In this document: one piece after another, positions 42,817 through 52,996 of the stretch
Layout of the letters: each line of letters opens with the position of its first letter
Position numbering within the stretch: position 1 is the stretch's first letter
Source of the DNA: Candidatus Freyarchaeum deiterrae
GTDB lineage: Archaea > Asgardarchaeota > Jordiarchaeia > Jordiarchaeales > Jordiarchaeaceae
DNA length: 64,000 bases
Assembly: GCA_037305845.1 (NCBI GenBank)
Contig: CP147778.1
Location: forward strand, 3,424,001-3,488,000
Reading direction: 5' to 3'
Position numbers and translations under genes: made by a program
The notes under the pieces: generated by a model
Told to the model about the DNA's origin: nothing
The model's database searches: none
Seen by the model: only the letters and a program-made list of their open reading frames with translations

Positions 42817-43223
42817 CCCTTTAAATTGAATTCTAGTAAATAAGTATAGTCACTACTTTATATATTTTCTCACTTATGCGCCTAATAATATTATTAGGTT
42901 CTTTTCAAGTTTTCATATACCCCCGCTTATTATATTTCCTATTTTACATCCGAACTTGTGGTATTTTAAGCAGTAATAATTAATAAAAACAGTTAATCCA
43001 GACTCTTTGAGGGATAAGGCTCGGGCAGGAGTTTAGTAGTTTATAGTCAGCTATACCAATAGCTTGTATTAAGCATTATTTTTATTGATTGAGCTATTGA
43101 AAAAGTTGGAATGACAAGATTATTACTAGGCCGACGAACTGTTTTTTGTTCTGGTTTTATTTATTGCCTAAGCTTGGATTTGAAAATAAGAATTGAGTCT
43201 AGTTGACGTAATTTGGATTAGGT

Positions 43224-44021
43224 TCAAGTTTTCGCTTCGGTTTTGGGGGGGTCTTCCTTTTTCGCAATCCTGTCGATTATGCCGAATATTCCTAGCGCAA
43301 AGATTACAGTTGCTATAATTGTTATTACGGCGCGTATGTAGACCGCTATCCAAAAAGCCATATTAAACTCTAGTAGTGTCAGTCCGAGAGCAAATCCTAG
43401 AGATCTCCCGCTTCTGTTTTTCCAAGCGAGGTAGTAGAACAGAATTATTGTTGGAGCTGAAATTATAATGAGGTAAATACCCATAGTCGTTTCTGGTACG
43501 TCTGGAATTACTACGCTCAAGGGATTTAGTAATGGTAGAATGGTTCCATAGTAGGGCAAGTTCTGAAGGAAACTTGGATTATAAGTTGCATCTGGAATTA
43601 AAAACCAAATTTGTCCTATGAATTGTCCAGTAGAGGCGTATGAGAAGTATTGAAGGAGGTTGCTTGTTAGCGTATTAGCTGAATCTGAAATATTGTAGTT
43701 AATTATTGCGATGGCGGAGATTAATTCTGGGAGTAAATATAGTTCCCTAATTTTCAACATCACTAGTCCTACAAGAAGTATGACTGCGAAGTAAAGTAAA
43801 GCAGTGAATAGTACATATGTTGTATGGTCGATTAGTAGAACATTGACAAGAATCAAGTAGTAGACTACATAGGTTGCTGCAAATATAGCGAAGAAAATTA
43901 CCAGTAGAAGAGTGGCTGTTTGTTTCCTTTCAGCGAAGTGCTTAGCAAGGTAAACCATACAGGCTGCTGGTAGGACCGAACTCGACAAAACCAGCAAGCT
44001 GTACAAATCCATGCCTACCAA
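43224..44021 (-). CDS. Putative 7TM membrane protein, copy B
   Basis: Paralog of 41594..42406. Confidence 0.8.
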   Translation of the reverse strand: MVGMDLYSLLVLSSSVLPAACMVYLAKHFAERKQTATLLLVIFFAIFAATYVVYYLILVNVLLIDHTTYVLFTALLYFAVILLVGLVMLKIRELYLLPELISAIAIINYNISDSANTLTSNLLQYFSYASTGQFIGQIWFLIPDATYNPSFLQNLPYYGTILPLLNPLSVVIPDVPETTMGIYLIIISAPTIILFYYLAWKNRSGRSLGFALGLTLLEFNMAFWIAVYIRAVITIIATVIFALGIFGIIDRIAKKEDPPKTEAKT

Positions 44022-44455
44022 ATTCCCTCTTCGGTTTTCATAGCGTCCCCAAGTCTAGACTTCTTAGACTTTTCTTTGCCTTTCTTTTTTTCTTTTATAA
44101 GCTTCTCCAAACCGTAAAATTCAGATAGGGCGTTAATCCTTCCTCTGAGGTTTATTGCTGAGAGCCTAGCTAAGTTGACATCCGGCATAACAACTATGAC
44201 TCCCGTCTTCTCTGTGATCTTCATAAGAAAGGAGTTGCTGTTATGGATACTGTCCCCCGGATGCAATTCGGATAAGGGGAACTTCTTATAGTAGTCCAGA
44301 ATCTCATCTGAGAAGCTACCCTTTTCGCCCCATACCTTATGGTTTATATCCACTACGGCCAGTCCTTTAGGTTTCCAATTACCTATATTCAACTCAACCA
44401 TTTCTATCATATTATCTACACTGGGTGTAGACAAAGCGCCATCCTCCAATAACAA
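44015..44455 (-). CDS. Small soluble protein (roadblock/profilin-like), copy B
   Basis: Paralog of 42400..42816 with the same 7-nt overlap to its 7TM gene. Confidence 0.78.
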   Translation of the reverse strand: MLLEDGALSTPSVDNMIEMVELNIGNWKPKGLAVVDINHKVWGEKGSFSDEILDYYKKFPLSELHPGDSIHNSNSFLMKITEKTGVIVVMPDVNLARLSAINLRGRINALSEFYGLEKLIKEKKKGKEKSKKSRLGDAMKTEEGIW

Positions 44456-44643
44456 TAATAATGATATAACACGCCCGTGTGTACTTATATATAAGTATAA
44501 TGTAATACTTTTTATATCTTACTATTACTCTATATATTATATAATAAATTTTGTCGAATTTTTTTATAATATTATTTTCACAAACAGTACGCTCAATCTG
44601 TTAATGTCTAAAATTTTAGAAGCAAAACTTATCCAAATTCTGT

Positions 44644-45090
44644 TCATTTCAGGTCGTACCACAGTTCAACACCACTTACAAGCCTCAGTAGACCACCCAG
44701 GTTAGAAAGGCGAAGAGCCCTATAATTCCAAAGAAGACTAAAATAGCTGCGTACCCCCTGTTGCCTGTCCAAGTACCGATAGTACTAAGAAAAATAATGA
44801 ACCCGTCAACCGAAACTATTATCCCAAAAGTATTTATATCCCAAATAAAAGTACCCGCCAGATAATCAACCAATGAACCCAAAGTAGCCAAACTAATAAT
44901 GGGAAATACAGTTAAAAGATAAGAAAAAAGTTCTTCCGCAAATACGGGAAAAGGTTAGATATACCATTAAAAACAAGAATACTCTCTCGAACACTCCCAA
45001 TGGTTAGAGATATTGCGAATCCACTAACTATACCGTATAAGCCGCCAATACACCCGAAAAGAATGAATCCTTTTGATGAATCTAGATATA
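44644..45090 (-). pseudogene. Frameshifted paralog of the 45184 membrane protein
   Basis: Pieces in different frames: KGFILFGCIGGLYGIVSG / GIIVSVDGFII...GIIGLFAF / NLGGLLRLVSGVELWYDLK*; no clear start codon. Confidence 0.7.
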
Positions 45091-45183
45091 TTTAGAACCA
45101 CTACATTTCTGCTTTAAACTTTAAAAACCGAAAACAAAAAAGAAAAAGAGGATTTATTAAACGAAGCTATACGGCTACGCTTT

Positions 45184-45621
45184 CTACTTTTCGAACCAGC
45201 CAGCTATACCTGCGACCAGGCCCAGCAAGCCACCTAGGTTGAAAGCTAGTAATCCGATGAATCCGATAACCGCCATGAGAGCTGCTCCAGCTTTTCTCTC
45301 GCCCCAGAGAAGAGCTCCACCGATGAGGATTAGTATACCATGGCCTGCGATTACGATCCCGGCTAATGTTATGCCTGATGCGCCTGCGAATCCTAGTATG
45401 GGAGCAAGCGGACCGAAAGTGAATGAAGCCAATGTTGGCGATAACTGTTGAATGAGTTGAAGAATGATGGTAATCATGTCAGGGAATATCAACATATACA
45501 TGTAATAGCTGTTAATGGTGTTTGTTAGTCCGACTCCTAGGAATAGAATCACTAGACCGGCTAAAACTGCGTAGATACCGCCTATAATGCCTAAAACGGC
45601 CCAAGCTTTAATTTCTGTCAT
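45184..45621 (-). CDS. Small Gly-rich membrane protein
   Basis: MTEIKAWAVLGIIGGIY...FNLGGLLGLVAGIAGW; start moved to ATG 45621. Confidence 0.78.
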   Translation of the reverse strand: MTEIKAWAVLGIIGGIYAVLAGLVILFLGVGLTNTINSYYMYMLIFPDMITIILQLIQQLSPTLASFTFGPLAPILGFAGASGITLAGIVIAGHGILILIGGALLWGERKAGAALMAVIGFIGLLAFNLGGLLGLVAGIAGWFEK

Positions 45622-46140
45622 GTGTTTATACCTCTCTAATTTTCTCCTTTTTCTGTTTTTTCTCCCCAATTTAGGGGGGTGTTCAATAGCATTATTTTAT
45701 GCTATTAGTGGTTATGGTTTAATACATCATTTATAAGCTTTATTGCTGGTAAAGTTAGGGTCTTCGACAATTGCTTAAATACTTCATATTACAATGTTAT
45801 TAAAAAAAATTATTAATCTAATAAAAACAATTAAGACTGATTCCTCAGCCGATTCCCAAGAAAGCTATACGCTAACAAAAAAATAAACTACAGAGCTTAG
45901 CATCTTCCAATTAAAACCAAAAAAGAACCTCACTAAAACTAATTTTTGCAGTAAACAGAATTTACTATAAATAAGAGTGGAGCATTTTCTTCCAAAAATG
46001 TTGGAAACTAACTGTTTGTTTAAAAACACTAAAGATCCGTAGGAGAAAGCAGGAGAAAACAAACCTGCTGATTTAAAACTTCCACGATTTTTACACCATC
46101 GCTGCGGCTTTTTCAGTCAACCCGATAGATTGATTTACGT

Positions 46141-46956
46141 TTGATTCCATTATTATGGATACATGTTGGAGGTAAGATAGTGGACAGACTGGATGGAAAA
46201 GTCATTATAGTTACTGGAGGTGCCAGAGGAATAGGCAAAGGTATTGCGCTGGCTTCAGCCAAGGAGGGCGCAGACATTATTATCGCCGACATACTCGTTG
46301 ATTTGGCTGAAAAAACGGTTAAAGAGATAAGGGCTCTGGGTCGGAAAGCAATGGCCGTAAAAACGGATGTCAGGGAAAGTAAAGAAGTTGAAGAAATGGT
46401 GAGTAAGACCATAGAGAAATTCGGAAGGATTGATGCCCTCATAAACGATGCCGGAACCGTTGAACCGGAAGGCCTCGACTCCCTCCGTAAATTTCCAAGT
46501 CCGCTGGAAATAGAAGAGGCAGACTGGGACGCCACCCTAGACACCAACTTGAAGGGAATTTACCTCTGCTGCAAATACGTGGTTCCCCACATGAGAGAAC
46601 AGAAAAGTGGGAAAATCATTAACATTTCCTCAATAGCCGGCAAGAGAGGCAACCCCCTTTTACCCCAATACAGCGCCTCTAAAGCCGGAGTCATAAACTA
46701 TACCGAAAGCCTCGCCATGATACTAGGAAAACACGGAATCACAGTCAATGCTATTTGCCCCTATTTCGTCTGGACGGATATGTGGAAGGCTGGAGTAGGA
46801 GGCGAACAGAACAAGGCGGCTTTCGACAACATCGTCAAGTCACAAACAATCCAGAGAAGAGAAACCACCCCAGAAAAAATAGCCGCTCTAGCCATATTCC
46901 TGATGTCAGAGGACGGCTCCGACATCACAGCACAAGCGATAGACATAGGCGCCTAA
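46141..46956 (+). CDS. Short-chain dehydrogenase/reductase
   Basis: TGGARGIG, INDAG, NISS, YSASK. Confidence 0.93.
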   Translation: MIPLLWIHVGGKIVDRLDGKVIIVTGGARGIGKGIALASAKEGADIIIADILVDLAEKTVKEIRALGRKAMAVKTDVRESKEVEEMVSKTIEKFGRIDALINDAGTVEPEGLDSLRKFPSPLEIEEADWDATLDTNLKGIYLCCKYVVPHMREQKSGKIINISSIAGKRGNPLLPQYSASKAGVINYTESLAMILGKHGITVNAICPYFVWTDMWKAGVGGEQNKAAFDNIVKSQTIQRRETTPEKIAALAIFLMSEDGSDITAQAIDIGA

Positions 46957-47061
46957 TATCTAAATATAACTAAAAAATATAAAACCAAAACCCGAAGTAG
47001 AGCATTACACAAAAACAGCCAAGTTTAAAACAAAAAAATGAAAGTCAGGACTGGAAAGCTG

Positions 47062-47946
47062 TCAAGCCTTTCCCGCCCTATCCCTACTTATTTTTGATTC
47101 AAGAGGCTTCACTGTCCAAAACGTCGTGTAAAAGACATAAACAAACAGTCCCACCGATAATGCTGATATCATAGCTGAAGCTGCAAGGGCCCCTATACTA
47201 CCAAAATGGGTCAGAACCTGAGTGGAGTCAAACAGTATGTGAAGAAGCACTGCTGCTAAGTAGTATTTCAGCGTTTTACCTCTGACCAGACCGTAGCCAA
47301 TGATAGCTGCGCTAGAAGCGTGGAACAGTAATGCGGGTGCTCTGCCAAAAATCCCGATTAAGGGAAGCCCCAACAGACTGGGTCCGAGATAGAACAACGA
47401 TAGCTCCGTTAACAAAGAACTGATATTAGAAATCAACCCCGGAAGATAATAAAGATTAAGGAGTAGAGTCTGCGGCGTTTGAGGCAGTGTTACCAGCACA
47501 TTAAGAAACGTTAGATCATATAACAGGGAGCTTATAATCGGATAATAAGATAACACAAAGCTCATTAGATAGGTCAAATCTTCTCCACCTGCAAATCCCA
47601 GTCCCACCACCATTCCGTAGAATGCTCCGTTCCTCTCGTTCATCCTTCTCCTTATGAATGGGATCAGGAGGACCAGGAGTTTCGCTGCTTCCTCAATGAA
47701 GCCTATGGGTAAGAGGTAAAGAACGTAACCGTAAAGAGGCACTCTAGCGAATAACCGATTACTACCTGTTTCTCCGATTAAAGCCAAGAGTATAACTACG
47801 TATCCCAGTATGAACGCTGCTAGAAGGTAGCGGTAGGGTTCCTGTTCAAATCTCAACTTCTTCATCAGAAGCCAGATGGCTAAAGGAACAAGAATGCAAA
47901 TTGCAATCCCAGTTATAAACGCGAGTAGTGTGTCCAATTTTTTCAT
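47062..47946 (-). CDS. prsW: PrsW-family intramembrane protease, copy A
   Basis: FIEEAAK, GLGFAGGE, FHASS, LHILFD. Confidence 0.8.
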   Translation of the reverse strand: MKKLDTLLAFITGIAICILVPLAIWLLMKKLRFEQEPYRYLLAAFILGYVVILLALIGETGSNRLFARVPLYGYVLYLLPIGFIEEAAKLLVLLIPFIRRRMNERNGAFYGMVVGLGFAGGEDLTYLMSFVLSYYPIISSLLYDLTFLNVLVTLPQTPQTLLLNLYYLPGLISNISSLLTELSLFYLGPSLLGLPLIGIFGRAPALLFHASSAAIIGYGLVRGKTLKYYLAAVLLHILFDSTQVLTHFGSIGALAASAMISALSVGLFVYVFYTTFWTVKPLESKISRDRAGKA

Positions 47947-48244
47947 CCATCCCTTTTTTAATCTATGCGAAAAATTTGAATTTAATTAATCTTTTAAATG
48001 TTTTGTTTTGCGTAATATGGGAACATTCTAAACTTACTTAATCCGCTCCTAACTAGCAAAAAATCGAAGCCTTCCTAACCACTAAAATTTTCAAGAAATG
48101 CTATTAGACGTCAGACACCAGCTGATTTTTTGGAAGATACCATATATTTTACCCTTGTTTTTGCGTTAAACTATTTCTCAATTTTTTCGTTAAGCTTCTT
48201 TTTTCCCGTTTTTGCACTGAGTTGTTTTTTTAATACGGATACTA

Positions 48245-48425
48245 CCCCGCTCCATCCCTCTCTCGTCCTGCTAACGGGCACAATGCCGCGTCACGGCTCA
48301 CCTTCCATAGTCTTACTAGAATTAGTATGAGGGTAGACCGTGAGAAGACTAGCAGGAGGGAGGGAGGGCGGCCGTTGGAACGGCCGGGAAAGACGGCATG
48401 GTGGGGATTTATGCTCGCTCATGCC
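48245..48425. ncRNA. Candidate structured non-coding element
   Basis: GC-rich island with nested complementary arms (48247-48273/48350-48371, 48291-48296/48338-48343) and a cggccgtt-gg-aacggccg hairpin; strand unknown. Confidence 0.45.
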
Positions 48426-48521
48426 AGTACATTTGTTCGCGTAAATTTTTTAAAGCTCTTGCTGCTATATTGTAACAAAATTTACTTTATTTTTAAGTGA
48501 ATTAGGATGAGGTGAATAATA

Positions 48522-49505
48522 ATGCCAATAGATGTTAAAGCAACACCCGATTACTTGGATTTGTTAAATAAGGGCGTGGCCCGGGAAATTCAAGTATCCG
48601 TGCAGTACATGCTACAGCACTCGAAGATGGAGAAACTCCTGCGCAAGATGATTCCGGAGAACATTCTTCTCGACAAAACTACCTACGAGCAAGTCGGGAA
48701 GGTTTTAAAGGACTTTGCCATCGAAGAGATGAAGCACCTCGGCAAGATCATGGAACGCATTTATATCCTCGGAGGAGAGGCAACCACCAAACCAAGCCAC
48801 ATCGAAATCGGCAACTCCCTGCGGGAATTTGGTGAACTAGGATTGAAGGCAGAGACAGAAGCCCTCAAGCTCTACAGACAAGTCATCGAAATGGCTGGGA
48901 AACTCGGCGACTGGGAGACCCGCGAGATATTCGAACACATTTACCAAGACGAGGAAAAGCACTTCCTCAAATTCCAAGACTACAGCGAAATCGAGGGAGA
49001 AAAAGACTTCCCCGAAGCGGAGCCAGAGGAATTCCAAGCAATTTATACCGATGACTGGATAGCCCTATTAAACCGGGCAGTCGCCGGCGAGCTCTCGGCA
49101 ATCATCCAGTACACGAACCAACACGAGAAAGAGAATGCTGAACTCAACCGCCGCAAGAAGTCTGCCTTGGAGGTCGTTTCCAACAAGACCAAACCGAACG
49201 TATTCGCTGACCTCCTGAAGACCATCTTCATGCAAGAGATGGACCACTTCGAAAAAATCGCCGAGCGGATTTACGAGATCAAGATGGAAGCTACCGCGGA
49301 TGTCGAGCCAATGCCAAACGTCGGTGCCGAAGTGGACGACTGGATAAAGAACGACAGGGACGCCGAGGACTACGCTATCAAGCTATACCGCCAAATCATC
49401 AACAAGGCCTTGGAAATCAATGATGTCCGAACCAGGCTCTTATTCGAGTTCATTATCAACCAAGAAGAAGAGCACTTCTGGCGATTCGACGACTTCACGC
49501 CTTAA
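48522..49505 (+). CDS. Tandem two-domain ferritin/bacterioferritin-like protein
   Basis: Both halves carry E..QY..QH, EMxH...ERIY, E..LYRQ and EExH ligand patterns. Confidence 0.88.
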   Translation: MPIDVKATPDYLDLLNKGVAREIQVSVQYMLQHSKMEKLLRKMIPENILLDKTTYEQVGKVLKDFAIEEMKHLGKIMERIYILGGEATTKPSHIEIGNSLREFGELGLKAETEALKLYRQVIEMAGKLGDWETREIFEHIYQDEEKHFLKFQDYSEIEGEKDFPEAEPEEFQAIYTDDWIALLNRAVAGELSAIIQYTNQHEKENAELNRRKKSALEVVSNKTKPNVFADLLKTIFMQEMDHFEKIAERIYEIKMEATADVEPMPNVGAEVDDWIKNDRDAEDYAIKLYRQIINKALEINDVRTRLLFEFIINQEEEHFWRFDDFTP

Positions 49506-49953
49506 AGCAGCAGGAATTTTCCCTATTGTTAACCATTCAATAGGATGAAAATTCACTCATTGCCGCGGCGATACCAAAGTAGAAACCAGTGAAAGATAAC
49601 GTTCTAACCTTAATCTTCCCTTTTTTTATATCAACTATCGAAACTCTTCTAACTAGCCAGTTCCCAATTTTTTGATTTTGTTTTTTCTTATTTTTTTAAA
49701 TTTTTCACTTATCCTTTTTTTCCCTTTTTTCACACGGTTCTCTAAAGGCTCTGCAACAACAAAATAATGGAACCAGTCAAATGCCTGAAACTTCTCGGCC
49801 CGAGAGAAAGCTGGTCACGAGAAAGATACATAACTCTGTCAGATTAGTTTCTTATCTCTGCGATTAACAAGCCTTCTCCCATTGTGTGAGGAGATAAAAA
49901 ACATTCAAAAGAGTTGTAATTAAAACTTTTGTAAAACCAAACACAGACTTACA

Positions 49954-50144
49954 TTTTGTTATTGTTTTTTCCTATTTTTTCAATTTTTGGTTTATGCTTC
50001 TTTTTTCTTTTTTTCGCTGAGTTGTTTTCTTTTTTTGGTTACTTTTTTCGATTTTTCGCAAGTCATTTGGTGGCAGTTCTGAGGCAATCCAGTATTACCA
50101 AAAATCAAAATCTTCGCATAGAACAAAACATAATAAAAATAGAA
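49954..50144. repeat. ~190-bp inverted repeat, left arm
   Basis: Reverse complement of 53876..54069; first ~105 bp nearly identical. Confidence 0.9.
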
Positions 50145-50157
50145 TTGCCCAAAAGAT

Positions 50158-50817
50158 TTAGAGTTTGAGGAGTATACCTCTACAATCGGGCATATCGAAT
50201 TCCAGCAATCGGTAATCTGTGCGTTTCTCAGACAGTCTAGAAATTCCTGAACAGTTCATTTTTAGAATCCAGCATAAAGGAGTACCATCATCTCTGAAAA
50301 GCTCCTCCGCCTGAACCGTTCGGCAGCAGTCTTTATACAAGCAATTACTGACTGTCAAGTTCAGAGTTTCGGAGTCTACCTTTTGATAGGAAGAGTGAAC
50401 ATCAACCCTAATAGAGTTAAGATACTCGAAACATTTTTGCGTAGCATCATAAATATCAGAAATCTTCAGACATTCTTTTCCTACCAGACTCGCATCCAAA
50501 ACCAGTTCAACAACCTTGTTGAAACCGTCCTCCCCACTCCTCATAGAGGCTCGGTAATCCCTATCAGCTTCAAGAAAACCGTAGAGAACAGCATTCCAGG
50601 GATCCTCAATTTTATCAATTACTTGTAGTCCGTAGTCTCGGAAACTATCAACCGTTTCAAGGGTGGATGGCCTTTTACCAGTTCTGCTATAAAGATAGTT
50701 CCCCATGTGGCGTAGAGCTATTCTCATATAGTTTTTACCCAGAATTTTTTGAATCCTGCCAGCGATCTGCAAAAACCATTGAAACAGCCAAACCTTATCA
50801 ACTTCAACCTCAACCAA
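50158..50817 (-). CDS. Hypothetical protein with V4R-like Cys pattern
   Basis: NCLYKDCC...PLCWI...PDCRG. Confidence 0.6.
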   Translation of the reverse strand: MVEVEVDKVWLFQWFLQIAGRIQKILGKNYMRIALRHMGNYLYSRTGKRPSTLETVDSFRDYGLQVIDKIEDPWNAVLYGFLEADRDYRASMRSGEDGFNKVVELVLDASLVGKECLKISDIYDATQKCFEYLNSIRVDVHSSYQKVDSETLNLTVSNCLYKDCCRTVQAEELFRDDGTPLCWILKMNCSGISRLSEKRTDYRLLEFDMPDCRGILLKL

Positions 50818-50883
50818 TCTGATACGCCCTCTGAACCTTTCTCAACACTTTTACATGTTTGGAGATATTAATTTTGCTATGGC

Positions 50884-51972
50884 TTAAACTTGCTTGTTCT
50901 CTCCATTTTCTTCTAGACTCTTTATTCTCATCTCTAGATCTTTCACCACTGATTCGGGATACCAGGTTTCCACCTCTCCCTTGAGAGGCATGCCGCACCG
51001 GGAGCAGTAATCATTAGAGGAAATATTAGCCTCCTTGCATCGGGGACACACCACCTGACCCATAGAATTATCCTTAACATCCACACTGATACCAGAAACT
51101 CTCAGAACTTCACGCACAACCTCTTTACCGGAGAGATGGCTGTAGACACCCGGCATGTTACTCGTAGACTTCCATCCGAAAAAGCCCTTCATAGTCTGAT
51201 CGGAGAGCCAGGTTGAGAGCTCGGTGGCCCGAATGTGTCTCATCAAGTGTACGTAGGTACGCTTGCTTATGCCCGCTTTCTTAGCGCAATTTTTAATTAT
51301 CCTCCAAATGGAGACCGCCGATAAACGCTTGCCACGTGAACTGAGCCATAGTGGAGCGCTCTTATCATTCGGTAAAGTAGATAGGTATTCACCCAGAACT
51401 CCGGCACTGCTGATTAAGGGTATTGTGCGAGGTCCGGTCTTGCCCTCCACGCTGAGCATGAACCCGTAATTAACAGGGATGATAGAACTAATATTAAGCC
51501 CCCTAAGCTCCTCTCTCCTTATACCCGACTCCAAAAGCACGCTTAAAAGAGCTCTATCACGGAGTGTTCTGGCACTATTAACGAGTCGTGCTATTTCCTC
51601 TTTATCCAGAAGGTCCTCCGACTTTATTTTTGTTCGAATGGAAGGAACCCTTATCCAATCCGCCCGAGAACTATCATTGCCTTTATCCAGCCACTGGTAG
51701 AAGGCACGGATGCAAATTCGGTATAGTCTAATAGAGGAATCTGAAACCTCATGTCTTTCTCTTTTTCTTTCGAGTTCGCCGAAAAATTTCTTAAGATCCG
51801 CCGCTGTGACTTCTTCAAAGTCTTTCCCTAGGTAATCCACTAGTAGGCTTACCGATTTTTCGTAATTCTTTAAAGTCAGAGATTTTACCTGCGATTCTGC
51901 CCTCTTGTCGTTAAGAAACTTACTGAGGAGCTCTTTCTGACCCGTACTAAGCGTGTAATGCCTTTGCCGCAT
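50884..51972 (-). CDS. Tyrosine recombinase/integrase with C-terminal zinc ribbon
   Basis: SGIRREE (R), GKTG (K), HLMRH (HxxR), GW, VYSH (Y); CPRC...CSRC; start probably MRQRH at 51972. Confidence 0.92.
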   Translation of the reverse strand: MRQRHYTLSTGQKELLSKFLNDKRAESQVKSLTLKNYEKSVSLLVDYLGKDFEEVTAADLKKFFGELERKRERHEVSDSSIRLYRICIRAFYQWLDKGNDSSRADWIRVPSIRTKIKSEDLLDKEEIARLVNSARTLRDRALLSVLLESGIRREELRGLNISSIIPVNYGFMLSVEGKTGPRTIPLISSAGVLGEYLSTLPNDKSAPLWLSSRGKRLSAVSIWRIIKNCAKKAGISKRTYVHLMRHIRATELSTWLSDQTMKGFFGWKSTSNMPGVYSHLSGKEVVREVLRVSGISVDVKDNSMGQVVCPRCKEANISSNDYCSRCGMPLKGEVETWYPESVVKDLEMRIKSLEENGENKQV

Positions 51973-52087
51973 AGGGTTTTCCCCTTGGAAAATGGTGGAA
52001 AATGCTTGAAAAGTATGGGGCGGAACTCCTATATAAAGGTAACATTTCATAAAGGTAAATGTTCTCGAAAGGAACATTTCATTCTCT

Positions 52088-52510
52088 TCAGATCACCCAT
52101 CTTCCCACTAAATCCAGCCGGTACTCCTCCATTGAGGCGTCATAAACCCTGATGGGCACAAATCCCCTCAGAACCATTAACAGGTTAGGAGTAATTATCT
52201 TGGTAAACTCTATGTCACTAGTTTGATACTTCCCGCATAGTTTATTTAATGATTCCTTAAGAAACCCCTTCTGCTTACTAAACACCGCCCAAATATAGAG
52301 CTTTCTTTCGGATTTGCGGTAGCCTCCTATCATAACTCCTTTTTCATCAGAAATTTCGAACGATTCAAGATCTTTCGCTACCATTCCAACGCTTCCCTTA
52401 AACTTTTCAAAATTCAAACTCCTTGCATAAATAGGAAAACCATGCAAACAAACTAAGCTCACTGAGTACAAATGCTGCGACAGATAAGAAATATGTTTTG
52501 GTACCACCAA
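52088..52510 (-). CDS. Hypothetical protein upstream of the integrase (start uncertain)
   Basis: ORF with plausible composition from MVAKDLES onward. Confidence 0.5.
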   Translation of the reverse strand: MVVPKHISYLSQHLYSVSLVCLHGFPIYARSLNFEKFKGSVGMVAKDLESFEISDEKGVMIGGYRKSERKLYIWAVFSKQKGFLKESLNKLCGKYQTSDIEFTKIITPNLLMVLRGFVPIRVYDASMEEYRLDLVGRWVI

Positions 52511-52996
52511 AATGAGCTACTAGATATACTCGAAAAATGAGGCGTTTACTCGATTTTCAAAATGGGTCGAGGCTCGAAAACTTTCTCAGAAATCAAGAAA
52601 AATAATGTTAAAACAGAAGAATTGATTTTTTCTCGGTTTTAGGCTACCGCCGCAAATTCTTTCGTCCATAGCCGCAAAAAGCGAAGCATATAGTATCGAT
52701 ATCTTGATAGGGGAAGATGGAACAAGCCGCAATAACTAACAATTAGTTATATCGGTAACTGGTTGAGCTTCATTTTAGTATTGTATTTTCGACCATCATT
52801 TCACATCGGATGACAGTTGGTGGGTTATAATGTTTCTTGAAAAGTAATGTTAATTGGCCTAGAAGAGTTACAATAATTCTGGTGGAGGAAAAAACGAAAA
52901 ATAAATTGAGTTTGGAATACTTTTCCTATTACCAAAACGTTTATAATATTTATTTAACCCAAATCCCATCATAAACAGAAATAGAGGGTACAAGTA

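Noticed and set aside
41594-44021. Rhodopsins
   Set aside because: No DxxxK or SxxxK-type retinal-binding motif within the seventh helix
49956-50168. 70-aa Phe-rich ORF (also 48130..48330 and 53745..53960)
   Set aside because: Translation of the T-rich repeat; low complexity
50820-52990. tRNA or att direct repeats at the integrase
   Set aside because: No cloverleaf, T-loop consensus or convincing direct repeat found by eye
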